Below, in pieces: positions 43,034-52,678 of a stretch of DNA of 64,000 nt. How positions within the stretch are numbered: the first letter of the stretch is position 1; each line of letters opens with the position of its first letter. The stretch is taken from assembly GCA_963732805.1 (NCBI GenBank), contig CAVTAW010000002.1, positions 446,444-510,443 of the forward strand, in the 5' to 3' direction. Origin of the DNA: an uncultured Chloroflexia bacterium. GTDB lineage: Bacteria; Chloroflexota; Limnocylindria; Limnocylindrales; CSP1-4. The notes beneath the pieces are model-generated. The model saw only the letters and a program-made list of their open reading frames with translations. It was not told the DNA's origin and did not search any database. The translations under genes were made by a program, and so were the position numbers.

Positions 43034-43693
43034 ATGACCAACTTGGAGCAACAAGGCACGGGATCGGGCCGCGGCACACGGGGGGATGCCACTCGAGCGA
43101 AGATCGCCCAGGCAGCCGTCGAGCTGGTTGCCGAGCTCGGCTGGGACGCCGTGACGACGCGGGCCGTCGCGGCACGCGCAGGCGTCAACCCGGCGCTCGT
43201 GCACTACCACTACGGGTCGATGGACGTCCTGCTTCGCAGCGCGGTCGTTGCCGCGCTCGAGCAGGAGATCGGCCAGGCGGTGGTCCCGTTCATGACGGAG
43301 CCATCGCTGACCGAGGCCCTCGCGGGCGCCACCGACGCCATCGGGCGCTTCGATCCCGAGACGCCGACGGCCGCACTCCTGATCGAGGCGATGGTCCGGG
43401 CTGTCCGTGACCCCGAGCTGTCGCGCCTGATCGTGGGCAGCCTCACCGAGTTCCGCGAGCTCGTGGCGGACCGCGTGCGTGCGGCGTCGGAGGGCGCCAC
43501 GACGCCCGAGCTCGCGCCCGAGGCCGCGGGTGTGTTTGTCGCGGCGGCGCTTGACGGCCTGCTGCTCCACCGAATCGTCGACCCGGACACGGACGTCGAC
43601 GGCTTCCGCACCGTCATCGTCCGCCTGTTCCAGCAACCCATCGCATCGACCGAACGGCCATCAACCCCGTCCGCCAGAGGAGGCACGTCATGA
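43034..43693 (+). CDS. TetR/AcrR-family transcriptional regulator
   Basis: Tail of ORF 41825..43693: TRAKIAQAAVELVAELGWDAVTTRAVAARAGVNPALVHYHYGSMDVLL. TATGAT (43021-26) lies 7 nt before ATG 43034 (ATG 43022 is an alternative). Confidence 0.85.
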   Translation: MTNLEQQGTGSGRGTRGDATRAKIAQAAVELVAELGWDAVTTRAVAARAGVNPALVHYHYGSMDVLLRSAVVAALEQEIGQAVVPFMTEPSLTEALAGATDAIGRFDPETPTAALLIEAMVRAVRDPELSRLIVGSLTEFRELVADRVRAASEGATTPELAPEAAGVFVAAALDGLLLHRIVDPDTDVDGFRTVIVRLFQQPIASTERPSTPSARGGTS

Positions 43694-44466
43694 CCCAGCC
43701 CGTCGTCCAGGAGCCGCCGCGCAGCGACTCGGATATCGCGCCGCCGCCGGTCGGCGGGGACGGAGTGGCGATCCGGTTCCGGGACATGACCAAGACCTAC
43801 GGCTCGGGCGAGGTGGCGGTACACGCGCTACGGGGCACCAACCTGTCCATCGAGGCCGGGCAGTTCGTGGTCGTGCTGGGGCCCAGCGGCTCGGGCAAGA
43901 CGACGCTGATGAACATCGTGGGCGGGATCGAGTCGCCGACCGGCGGCACGATCGAGGTCGGCGACCGCGACCTCGCGGGCCTCGACGATCGCCAGCTGAC
44001 CGCCTATCGCCGGGACGAGGTCGGGTTCGTGTTCCAGTTCTTCAACCTCGTCCCGACCCTGACGGCGATCGAGAACGTCGCGCTGGTGGCGGAGCTGGTC
44101 GGCCGAGACGAGGCGGACGCTCGAGCGGCGCTCGAGTCGGTTGGCCTGGGTGAGCGGTTCGAGCACTTCACGAGCGCCCTCTCAGGCGGCGAGCAGCAGC
44201 GCGTGGCGATCGCGCGTGCCCTGGTGAAATCGCCCCGGATCCTGCTGTGCGACGAGCCGACCGGCTCGCTCGATGCCGACGTGGGGCGAGCCGTGCTGGG
44301 CGTGATCCATCGCCTGGCGCGCTCCGGCGGCCGCACCGTCATGTTCGCGACCCACAACTCGGTGATCGCGACCATGGCCGACCGCGTGATCCGGTTGCGT
44401 TCCGGGGAGATCGTCGACGACGTGCTGCAGCCGAACCCGGCCCGACCTGAGGAGGTGACCTGGTGA
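43690..44466 (+). CDS. ABC transporter ATP-binding protein (MacB/FtsE-like)
   Basis: Walker A GPSGSGKTT, signature LSGGEQQR, Walker B LLCDEPTGSLD. ATGA overlaps on both sides. Confidence 0.9.
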   Translation: MTQPVVQEPPRSDSDIAPPPVGGDGVAIRFRDMTKTYGSGEVAVHALRGTNLSIEAGQFVVVLGPSGSGKTTLMNIVGGIESPTGGTIEVGDRDLAGLDDRQLTAYRRDEVGFVFQFFNLVPTLTAIENVALVAELVGRDEADARAALESVGLGERFEHFTSALSGGEQQRVAIARALVKSPRILLCDEPTGSLDADVGRAVLGVIHRLARSGGRTVMFATHNSVIATMADRVIRLRSGEIVDDVLQPNPARPEEVTW

Positions 44467-46890
44467 GACTCCTCAGACGCTCGATGCTGCGCGAGATTCG
44501 GGCCCGGCGGGGCCCGTTCCTGGCCGTCATCGTGACAGTCGTGCTGGGGGTCGCGCTGTTCGGCGCTTCCTACGACGCGTTCCTCAACCTCACCGCCTCC
44601 TACGAACAGCTCTATACCGAGACGCACTTCGCGGACATGACGGCGGTGGGCGGCGACCCGGCGAGCGTCGCCGCGGCCGTGGCCGCCGTGCCCGACGTCC
44701 GGGCAACCTCGACCCGGTCCGTCGCCGACGTGCCGATCAAGGTCGGTGACCAGCAGCTGCTGGGCCGCGCCGTCGGGTTGCCGGACGATGGGAGCCCTGC
44801 CCCGGTGAACGACGTCCTCGTGCTCGATGGCACGCGGCTCGATCCGTCGATGCCCAATGGCGTGCTGGTCGAGCAGCACATGGCCAACAACTTCCATCTC
44901 AAGCCTGGCGACACGATCCAGATCCTCGACGGCACCAGCTGGCGCGAGCTCAAGGTGCTGGGCACGGTCTTCTCGCCCGAGTACATCTGGCTCGCCAAGA
45001 GCCGCCAGGAGGTGTTCGTCCTGCCTGACGACTTCGGTGTCCTGTTCGCGCCCGAATCGCTCGTCTCCGCGCTGCCCGCCGCCGCCGTCCAGGGCCAGGC
45101 ACTGGCCTGGCTCGGACCCGACGGGTCCCAGTCGGCGACCGAGGCCACCGCGTCTGCGATGCGATCGGCCGGGGCGCTGGACGTGATGACCAAGGCCGAG
45201 CAGCCATCCAATGCCGCGCTCCAGGAGGACGTGAGCGGGTTCGGCGAGATGTCGCTGGCGTTCCCGATCATGTTCCTGGGCGCAGCGGCGTTCGCCACGT
45301 TCGTGCTCCTGGGTCGGATGATCGCCTCGCAGCGGGGCGTCATCGGCACGCTGCGCGCGAACGGGATGGGGCGCCGGACGGTAACCCTCCACTACACGAG
45401 CTATGGCGTCGCGGTCGGCGTCATCGGCTCCGTGCTCGGCGCGCTGCTGGGGGCGCTGCTGGCGGGCGTGATCAGCTCGATCTACACGGGCGAGCTGGGC
45501 ATCCCCAGCCGCGTAACCGACGTGCGGGCGACCACGGTCGCGGCGGGCGTCGTGATCGGGCTGCTGGCGTCGATCGCCGCGGCCTGGGTGCCGGCCCGCC
45601 GGGCGGCCGCCATGAACCCGGCGCAGGCGATGCGCGGCATCGCCCCCGTCGGATCCGGCGGGGAGAGCCGGCTCGAGCGCATCATCCCGCCGCTCCGGCG
45701 GTTGCCGGTCCGCTGGCGCGTGGCGCTGCGTGGCATCGGCCGAAACCCGCGCCGGAGCCTGGCCACGATGGGCGGCGTCGTCTTCGCCTCGATCCTGATC
45801 CTCGCCTCGTGGGGGATGATCGACACCGTAGACATCCTGATGCACCGCCAGTTCGTGGACGTGGCTCGCCAGGACGCGTCGGTGTACCCGATCGCGCCGG
45901 TCACGCAGGAGGTCGTCGCCCCGATCGAGGCGGTGGACGGCATCAGCCAAGCTGAACCCGGCGCCGAGTGGCCGGTGTCGGTGTCATCGGGCGCCAACAG
46001 CTACCTCACGCAGCTGACCGCGTTCCAGCCCGACACGACGATGCACGGCTTCTACGACTCGAGCGGGCACGAGCTCTCGCTGCCGAACGACGGCGTGCTC
46101 CTCGGTGTCGCGCTGCGGAACCGGCTGCACGTCGAAGTCGGGCGACAGCGTGACGCTCAGCCTCGCGACGGGCGCGGGCAGCGGCACCGGCTCGGGCGGG
46201 AGCAGCGAAGCGGCGACCATCCAGGCCTCCGCCGACGCCACCGTGGCCGGGTTCGTCAACGAGCCGCTGGGCACGCCCGTCTACGCGTCGCTGTCGTACC
46301 TGTCATCGATCCTGGGCGGCGCCGCAGCTGCCGGGGGCGCATCGATCGAGAACGTCGTCTACGTGCGCTACGCCACGGACGCGAACGCCGATGCGGTGAC
46401 GTCCGCGCTTCGCCAGCTCGACGGGGTCGCAGCCGTCGTCAACAACCGGGCCCTGTTCGACCTCATGAACCAGTTCCTGGGCCTGTTCTACGCGTTCATC
46501 GGCGTGATGGTCGTCCTGGGCGGGATCCTGGCGTTCGCCCTGATCTACAACACGCTCATGGCCAGCATCTCCGAGCGGGCCAGCGAGATCGCCGTGCTGC
46601 GCACCCTGGGTATGCCGAGCGCGACCGTCTCTCGCCTGATCACGGGCGAGAACCTGCTGCTCACGGCCATCGGCCTCGTTCCGGGCCTGGTCATCGGGTA
46701 CCTCGTGGCAGCCGTGTTCATGGCCTCGTTCTCGTCCGACATGTTCCAGTTCAATCTCGACATGCGGCCGACCACGTTGCTGCTGACCGCTGTGGCGATC
46801 GTGATCACGGGTCTGCTGTCGCAGATCCCGGCCCTGCGGGCCGTGCGCCATCTCGAGCTGGGTCGGATCGTCAGGGAGCGCGCTTCCTGA
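44463..46890 (+). pseudogene. double-FtsX-domain ABC permease, reading frame broken at about 46140
   Basis: About 560 codons (to ...GVALRNRLHVEVG) are in the 44463 frame. The second FtsX domain (DSVTLSLATG...LRAVRHLELGRIVRERAS) is in the frame of ORF 46105..46890. The junction is GTCGGGCGAC (GGG at 46140-42); removing one G gives LHVEVGDSVTLSL. Confidence 0.8.
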
Positions 46891-47190
46891 AATCGATGGC
46901 CGTGCCCTGCGGGCCGGCCAGGAACGCAACGGCCGCCGGCGGCATCGTCGTCGCCGGCGGCCGGGAGCACGTGCCTTGCTTCGAGTCATGCCGCTGGTTG
47001 GCCGCTCCCGTCCGCCGGCTCCCCATCCCGCACGACCGCTCCGTGCGGCCCCAGTCGGCGATCAGGCCGCGACGCAACGCACTCTCATCATCACCGCAGG
47101 CGAGCGGGGGCACCATGGTCGCAAACGCGGAGTCGGTAGCATTCGCGGAAAGGCGATCCACGAGCCCGACGCTTCGGCAAAAGGGGACAG

Positions 47191-48126
47191 ATGGACGACG
47201 TCGCTCGAGCCCTCGAGATCGACGGCATCTCGAAGCGCTATGGCGACCTCGTCGCCCTCGAGAGCCTCACCTTCGAGGTCCGCGCCGGCGAGCTGTTCGG
47301 CTTTGTGGGCCGCAACGGTGCAGGCAAGACGACGACGATGCGGATCATCCTCGGCGTGCTGGCGGTCGATGCCGGACAGGTGCGCTGGGCCGGCGCGCCG
47401 CTCGACTTTGCGACCCGAAGGCGGATCGGGTACATGCCCGAGGAGCGCGGCCTCTATCCCAAGATGCGCCTCCTGGAGCAGCTCGTGTACCTCGGGGAGC
47501 TTCATGGCATGGCCGGTGTCGCTGCGCGGCGCGCAGCGCAGCACTGGCTCGAGCGGTTCGACCTGGCGGACCGCCGCGACGACGAGCTCCAGGCCCTCAG
47601 CCACGGCAACCAGCAGCGCATGCAGCTGGCTGCGGCGCTGATCTGCACGCCCGAGGTCCTCGTGCTCGACGAGCCCTTCTCCGGCCTCGACCCGGTCGCG
47701 CTCGACGTGATGACCGGCGTCCTCCGCGAGCGGGCCGACGCGGGTGTCGCGGTCGTGTTCTCCAGCCACGAGCTCGACCTCGTGGAGCGGATCTGCGACC
47801 GGGTCGGGATCATCGATCGCGGCCGGCTCGTCGCATGCGGAACCGTCGACGACCTGCGCCGGGCAGGCCCCAGGAGGCTGTGGGTCGATGCACCAGGCGC
47901 TCCGCCGGACTGGCCGGAGCGTGTGCCGGGTGCCGCCGTGGTGCGCATCGACGGCACCCGTGTGCTGATCGCGCTGGGCGACGGGGCCGACGACCAGGAG
48001 ATCCTGCGGACGGCACTGGAGACCGGGCCGGTGCAGGAGTTCCGGCGCGCGGAGGCGAGCCTCGTCGAGGTGTTCCGTGACGTAGTCGGGGAGAGCCGGC
48101 CGCCGGAGGCGCCAGGCCTTGCGTAG
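47191..48126 (+). CDS. ABC transporter ATP-binding protein (ABC-2/NatA type)
   Basis: Walker A GRNGAGKTT, signature LSHGNQQR, Walker B LVLDEPFSGLD, and a C-terminal DUF4162-like domain. Confidence 0.9.
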   Translation: MDDVARALEIDGISKRYGDLVALESLTFEVRAGELFGFVGRNGAGKTTTMRIILGVLAVDAGQVRWAGAPLDFATRRRIGYMPEERGLYPKMRLLEQLVYLGELHGMAGVAARRAAQHWLERFDLADRRDDELQALSHGNQQRMQLAAALICTPEVLVLDEPFSGLDPVALDVMTGVLRERADAGVAVVFSSHELDLVERICDRVGIIDRGRLVACGTVDDLRRAGPRRLWVDAPGAPPDWPERVPGAAVVRIDGTRVLIALGDGADDQEILRTALETGPVQEFRRAEASLVEVFRDVVGESRPPEAPGLA

Positions 48127-48133
48127 TCCAGTC

Positions 48134-48277
48134 TTGATCCTGCCGGTGGTCGTCGCCGCTACCCTCATCGTCTACGGCCGAGCAAACCGGCGTTCCCCCT
48201 GGGGCAACAGGATCGCTGTGACCGGTTACGCGCTGCTGGCGGTCACCGCTGTCCTCGCCCTCGTCGTGAGGGGCTGA
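48134..48277 (+). CDS. possible 47-aa two-helix membrane peptide
   Basis: Not in the ORF track (under 60 aa). TTG 48134 (or GTG 48146) to TGA 48275-77 reads LILPVVVAATLIVYGRANRRSPWGNRIAVTGYALLAVTAVLALVVRG. High GC3. Confidence 0.3.
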   Translation: MILPVVVAATLIVYGRANRRSPWGNRIAVTGYALLAVTAVLALVVRG

Positions 48278-48283
48278 CCGAAC

Positions 48284-49489
48284 ATGCCGGCACCGACCTC
48301 GGCATCTCCCGCCCCCGGGTCGGGCAGCGCGCTGCCCCCCTTCGTCCTCGTGGTCCGCCGCGAGATGCTCGTCCGTCTGCGCTCGCGAGTCTTCATCGGG
48401 CCCACCGTCCTGATGGTCGCCCTGGTGGTGATCGGGGTCGTCGGGTACTCGCTCATCGGCGGCCAGACCTCGGCGGTGCGCGTGGAATTCAGCGGCGGAT
48501 CGCAGGCCCTCGAGCAGGCATTCAGCGCGTCGGCGACTGCGCTGAGGCAGCCGGTCACGGTGAGCAACATCGCCGACGAGGCCGCCGGCAGGGCCCAGGT
48601 GTCCGGGGGAACCCTCGACGTGCTGGTGACCGGGTCCGCGACCTCGCCGACGGCCGTCGTGCAGGAATCGGCGCCATCGCTGGTCCAGGCCGCGCTCGAA
48701 CGGGCGGTGCTGGCCGCGCGCCTGTCGGCGGCCGGCCTCTCCCCGGCGGACCTGGCGTCGGTGATGAGCGGGGCGCAGGTCCCGATCGAGGCCCTCCAAT
48801 CGACGAAGCCAGGGCTGACGCAGGATCGGGTGGTCGGGCTCGCCGTTGGGATCCTGCTCTGGATCGCGCTCGGCCTCTACGGGAGCCAGGTGGCGCAGGG
48901 CGTGGTCGAGGAGAAGTCGAGCCGGATCATGGAGGTTCTCCTCGCCACCGTCCGGCCGAGCCAGCTGCTCGCGGGCAAGATCGTCGGGATCGGCCTCGTC
49001 GGCTTGCTGCAGCTCGCCATCGTGGCGGCCGCCACCCTCGCCTCAGTTGCTGCGACCAACGCGGTCACCACTCCGGCCCTCGGCGTGATGCCGGTCCTCG
49101 GGTACCTGATCTGGTTCCTGCTCGGCTTCATGCTTTACGCGACGGCCTACGCGACGCTGGCCGCGCTGGTCTCGCGCTCGGAGGAGGTCCAGGGTGCCGT
49201 CGCACCGATCAGCGTGTTCCAGATCGCCGCCTACCTGCTTGCCTATGTCTACCTGGCCAACCCGTTGAGCCCTCTTGCCCTGGTCGCCTCCGTGCTGCCA
49301 CCGTTCTCGCCGATCCTCATGGCGGTGCGCATCTCCGGCGGCGACGCGCCGGCCTGGCAGCTCGGTCTCGCGCTGGTGTTGATCGTCGCGGCGATAGCCG
49401 GGCTCATCTGGCTGGCCGGTCGGGTCTATGCCAACTCGGCCATGCGCATCGGGACGCGTGTTCGGTTCATGGATGCGTTCCGTGGGTAG
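48284..49489 (+). CDS. ABC-2 family permease (NatB-like)
   Basis: 401 aa. N-terminal TM, large extracytoplasmic loop, then EEKSSRIMEVLLATVRPSQLLAGKIVG and 5 TM. Confidence 0.8.
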   Translation: MPAPTSASPAPGSGSALPPFVLVVRREMLVRLRSRVFIGPTVLMVALVVIGVVGYSLIGGQTSAVRVEFSGGSQALEQAFSASATALRQPVTVSNIADEAAGRAQVSGGTLDVLVTGSATSPTAVVQESAPSLVQAALERAVLAARLSAAGLSPADLASVMSGAQVPIEALQSTKPGLTQDRVVGLAVGILLWIALGLYGSQVAQGVVEEKSSRIMEVLLATVRPSQLLAGKIVGIGLVGLLQLAIVAAATLASVAATNAVTTPALGVMPVLGYLIWFLLGFMLYATAYATLAALVSRSEEVQGAVAPISVFQIAAYLLAYVYLANPLSPLALVASVLPPFSPILMAVRISGGDAPAWQLGLALVLIVAAIAGLIWLAGRVYANSAMRIGTRVRFMDAFRG

Positions 49490-49546
49490 CGCCCGCAGTG
49501 GGTGCTTTTGCAGGCCCCATCGGGCCGTCTTGACTGGAGGCACCAG

Positions 49547-49720
49547 ATGCCGCCTCGCGTGTTAGCTCATCCATTCCTGACCCTGATGGCGGTGGTCTCC
49601 GCGATCCTCATCGTGGTCGGCCGCGTCAATCGAGCGCTCTGGTGGGGCGACTGGGTCTTTGTCGCCGGAATCGCGGTGCTCGTGGTTGCGGGCGCCCTGT
49701 TCCTCGTCCTGAGACGCTGA
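49547..49720 (+). CDS. small two-helix membrane protein (57 aa)
   Basis: GGAGG lies 6 nt before ATG 49547, in frame with ORF 49502..49720. Confidence 0.4.
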   Translation: MPPRVLAHPFLTLMAVVSAILIVVGRVNRALWWGDWVFVAGIAVLVVAGALFLVLRR

Positions 49721-49740
49721 GCGACACGACCGCAGGGGGC

Positions 49741-50202
49741 TCAGTGCTCGCCCTTGATCACGAAGAACGAGCCCCGGATCGTTCCGGCCAGCCTGGACTT
49801 CTGCCGTGCGAACTTGAACGAGGCGAGCTCGGCGGGAACGTCCATCCCGTCGGAGAGCTTGAACCCCACCGCCCGCTTGCCGGCGTCGTCGATCGTGTAC
49901 AGCACGTTGATGGACAGGCCGCTCTCGTAGAACACGTAGGCCCACCGGATGTTCTCGACCTGGAAGGCCGTCGCCTCGAGCGGACGGGACTCGATCACGA
50001 TGCCGCGCTCCTCCCGGAGGATGCGGTGCACCCAGTCGATGGCCTCCCGAGCCTCGCTCGCCGGCTGCACCGTGAAGTCATGGTCGTACTTGTTCTTGAA
50101 GTAGCGAGCCTCGTTCGCTCGAAGTCCGGCGAGCGCCGGCGCCACCGGCGAGGTCTCCAGGCCGATGGTCGAGACGTTGGTGAAATCCACGAGATAGGAC
50201 AT
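49741..50202 (-). CDS. hypothetical protein with no family recognised; 5' end unresolved
   Basis: Balanced, non-repetitive composition (MSYLVDFTNVSTIGLETSP...FKNKYDHDFTVQP...NIRWAYVFYESGLSINVLYTIDD...). GGAG lies 6 nt before ATG 50202. An in-frame, start-less open extension runs to 50484. Confidence 0.6.
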   Translation of the reverse strand: MSYLVDFTNVSTIGLETSPVAPALAGLRANEARYFKNKYDHDFTVQPASEAREAIDWVHRILREERGIVIESRPLEATAFQVENIRWAYVFYESGLSINVLYTIDDAGKRAVGFKLSDGMDVPAELASFKFARQKSRLAGTIRGSFFVIKGEH

Positions 50203-50541
50203 GAGCTGCTCCAGCCGCATCGGGAGACGAAGGTCGTCGGGCAGGACCGCGGTCCCCTCGGCGATCGCGCGGAGCGTCGGCTGTCGGGACCGGAGGAGGG
50301 ACTGCTTCGCGGCGTGAATGTACCCGGCGGGCCGGGTCGGGCGCTTCTCGATTCCTGACCGGAGATGCAGTCCGCAGCACCCTTGCTCGCGGGTGGTGAT
50401 GGGTAGACTGGATCCGGGGCGAACATGGCGGACCCACGACGCGGGTTCCTGCGAACCGGCCCACGGCCCAGCGCGGCGGCTAGTTCACACTCGCCGGCCG
50501 GGACGCTGCGCCCACTTGCCCATCGCGGAGGACGACGACTG

Positions 50542-51564
50542 ATGGAGTACCGGACGTTGGGCGCGAGCGGCCTCCGCGTCTCGCCCATCTGCCTCGGGAC
50601 GATGATGTTCGGGAAGGTCACGCCCGAGGATGAGGCCGCGCAGATCGTGGGCGAGGCCCTCGACGCGGGGATCAACTTCATCGACACGGCGGCCGTCTAT
50701 GCCTCGGGCCGGGGCGAGGAGATCGTCGGGCGCCTGGTCGCGCCTCAGCGCGACCGGTGGGTGATCGCGACGAAGGTGGGGCCGCCGACCGGCGACGGCC
50801 CGAATGATGCAGGCACCGGCAGGCGCCACGTTCGGGCCGACATGGAGCGCAGCCTGCGCCGCCTGGGCACGGACCATGTTGACGTCTACTACCTCCACGA
50901 GGATGACCCGGTCACGCCGCTCGAGGAATCGGTGCGGGCGATGGGCGATGTCGTGCACCAGGGGAAAGCGCTCTACTGGGGCGTGTCCAACTTCCGCGGC
51001 TGGCGCCTCGCCGAGGCGGTCGCGATCGCCCGCGCGACGGGCGTCCCGGCCCCGATCGTGGTCCAGCCGTATTACCACGCGCTCAACCGGCGACCGGAGG
51101 TGGAGCTGCTGCCGGCAGCGACCCACCACGGGCTCGGCATCGTGCCGTACAGTCCGATCGCCCGGGGCATGCTCAGCGGCAAGTACCGGCCGGGTGAGCC
51201 GCCGCCGGCCAATTCCCGGGCGGCGCGAGCCGACAAGGAGATCCTCGGCCGCGAGTGGCGCGAGGAATCGATGCGGGTTGCGGCGGCGATGGCCGATCGC
51301 GCCCGCTCGCGCGGCATGTCGCCGGTGCAGTTTGCGGTGAACTGGCTCCTCGCCAACGGGCACATCACGTCGATCCTCGCGGGTCCCCGCACTCTTGAGC
51401 AGTGGAGGGAGTACCTGGGGGTCTTCCAGCACGGCTTCGATGCCGACGACGCCGCGTTCGTGGACAGTCTCGTCCCGCCGGGGAGCGCCTCATCGCATGG
51501 CTGGCACGACCCCGAGTACCCGCTGACCGGGCGCCTTCACCGGGATCTCGCCGCGGGTCGCTGA
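50542..51564 (+). CDS. aldo/keto reductase
   Basis: GGAGGA SD. MEYRTLGASGLRVSPICLGTMMFG, INFIDTAAVYA, ATKVG, VDVYYLHEDD. Confidence 0.9.
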   Translation: MEYRTLGASGLRVSPICLGTMMFGKVTPEDEAAQIVGEALDAGINFIDTAAVYASGRGEEIVGRLVAPQRDRWVIATKVGPPTGDGPNDAGTGRRHVRADMERSLRRLGTDHVDVYYLHEDDPVTPLEESVRAMGDVVHQGKALYWGVSNFRGWRLAEAVAIARATGVPAPIVVQPYYHALNRRPEVELLPAATHHGLGIVPYSPIARGMLSGKYRPGEPPPANSRAARADKEILGREWREESMRVAAAMADRARSRGMSPVQFAVNWLLANGHITSILAGPRTLEQWREYLGVFQHGFDADDAAFVDSLVPPGSASSHGWHDPEYPLTGRLHRDLAAGR

Positions 51565-51866
51565 ATCGGCCAGGCCTGGCGGGGCGGCTGCCGCGGGCGC
51601 ACGCGGCACGCGGCGTCACGCCACCTCTCGCTTCGACCCCGCCCGGGCTGGTCCCCCGCGGCCGTGGGCTTCCGCCTTTCGCCGCCGGCGAGCGGGAACG
51701 ATCGCCAAGGCGATGGCGCAGACCGGGCGAGGTCCGGGTGACGGGTCCCGTTGTAATGGGCCGGGAAGGTCGACTGCCCCATCAGCGATGCGACCGGTCC
51801 GTGGTCGGGGTCACGCTCCGCCAGTCGCCCGGAGGTGGGCGCCCGCCCGCAGGAGGCCGACGTCAG

Positions 51867-52613
51867 ATGAACCCGCTCCGCATCGCCATGGTCGCCCCAC
51901 CCATCGAACGCGGTCCCGCCGGTCGGCTACGGCCGCAGCGAGCGGATCGTCCATGAGCTCATCCTGGAGCTGGGGCGGCGGGGCCACCAGGTCGTCACCT
52001 TCGCCAGCGGTGACTCCGAGGTGCCCGACGAGCACGTCGTCACGATTCCCAGGGCCCTGCGTCCGGCCGGCCTGGGCGAGGATCCGCTGCCCTGGATGGT
52101 GGCCACCGTCAACGCGGTCCTCGAACGCGCCGCCGCCGGCGCCCTCGACGTCATCCACAGCCACCTGGAGCTGCTCAGCATCCCCCTCGCCGCCGCCTCC
52201 CCTGTGCCGGTGATCGCCACGTTCCACGGCCGGGTCGACCACCCGGCCCTTGCCCGGGCGCTTCACGGCGCGGCCGCCCAGCTCGTGGCGATCAGCGCCG
52301 CTCCGGATCGCGGCGAAGGTCGGGACGCTGCGAGGTCTTCCTGCCGGCCGCGGAGGCGGCCGGCGAGCAGGTGAGCTTCCTGGGCGAGCTCGAAGGCCCT
52401 GTGGACCGTTTCAGCGCGTCGACGATGGCCGACGGCTATGAGGGCCTGATGCGGCGTGTGGTCGGCGTGGAGCCCGGGGCCGAGCGTCGGCGCAAGGTCA
52501 GCCGGCCGCTGCGGCGACCGCTCCCCGTCGCGCCTGCGCTCCGGCCACGCCGGGTTGCGCCGGTGCTCATGGGCTCCGAGCTCGGCGAACGCTCCGCCGC
52601 AGAGCCCGCGTAA
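51867..52613 (+). pseudogene. decayed family-4 glycosyltransferase (frameshift plus internal deletions)
   Basis: AGGAGG SD precedes ATG 51867. MNPLRIAMVAPPIER then switches frame at CGCGGTC (about 51912) to VPPVGYGRSERIVHELILELGRRGHQVVTFASGDSEVP...VIHSHLE...PVIATFHGR...LVAIS. After that only short pieces of the C-terminal half remain (RCEVFLP..., FLGEL, DRFSASTMADGYEGLMRRVV), in a third frame. Confidence 0.7.
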
Positions 52614-52678
52614 CGAGGGTCGGTGCCGGGCCGCACAGGGCGGAGTTCGGCCTCGCCGTGCAGGTGCCGGAACGACGG

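Noticed and set aside
41825-43693. 622-aa ORF on the plus strand
   Set aside because: Only the last roughly 220 codons (a TetR regulator) look like protein. The upstream part is antisense to a clear TetR gene and out of frame with the SRPBCC gene.
46871-47161. 96-aa minus-strand ORF in the gap between the two ABC systems
   Set aside because: GC3 is fairly high, but there is no SD, no recognisable motif, and it overlaps the FtsX 3' end. Evidence is insufficient to call a gene.
44463-48080. Single 1205-aa ORF spanning the FtsX permease, a 300-bp gap and most of the next ABC ATPase gene
   Set aside because: After 46142 the translation is Arg/Pro/Gly-rich nonsense. Convincing FtsX and ATPase sequences lie in other frames. 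The long ORF is a high-GC artefact created by a frame break.
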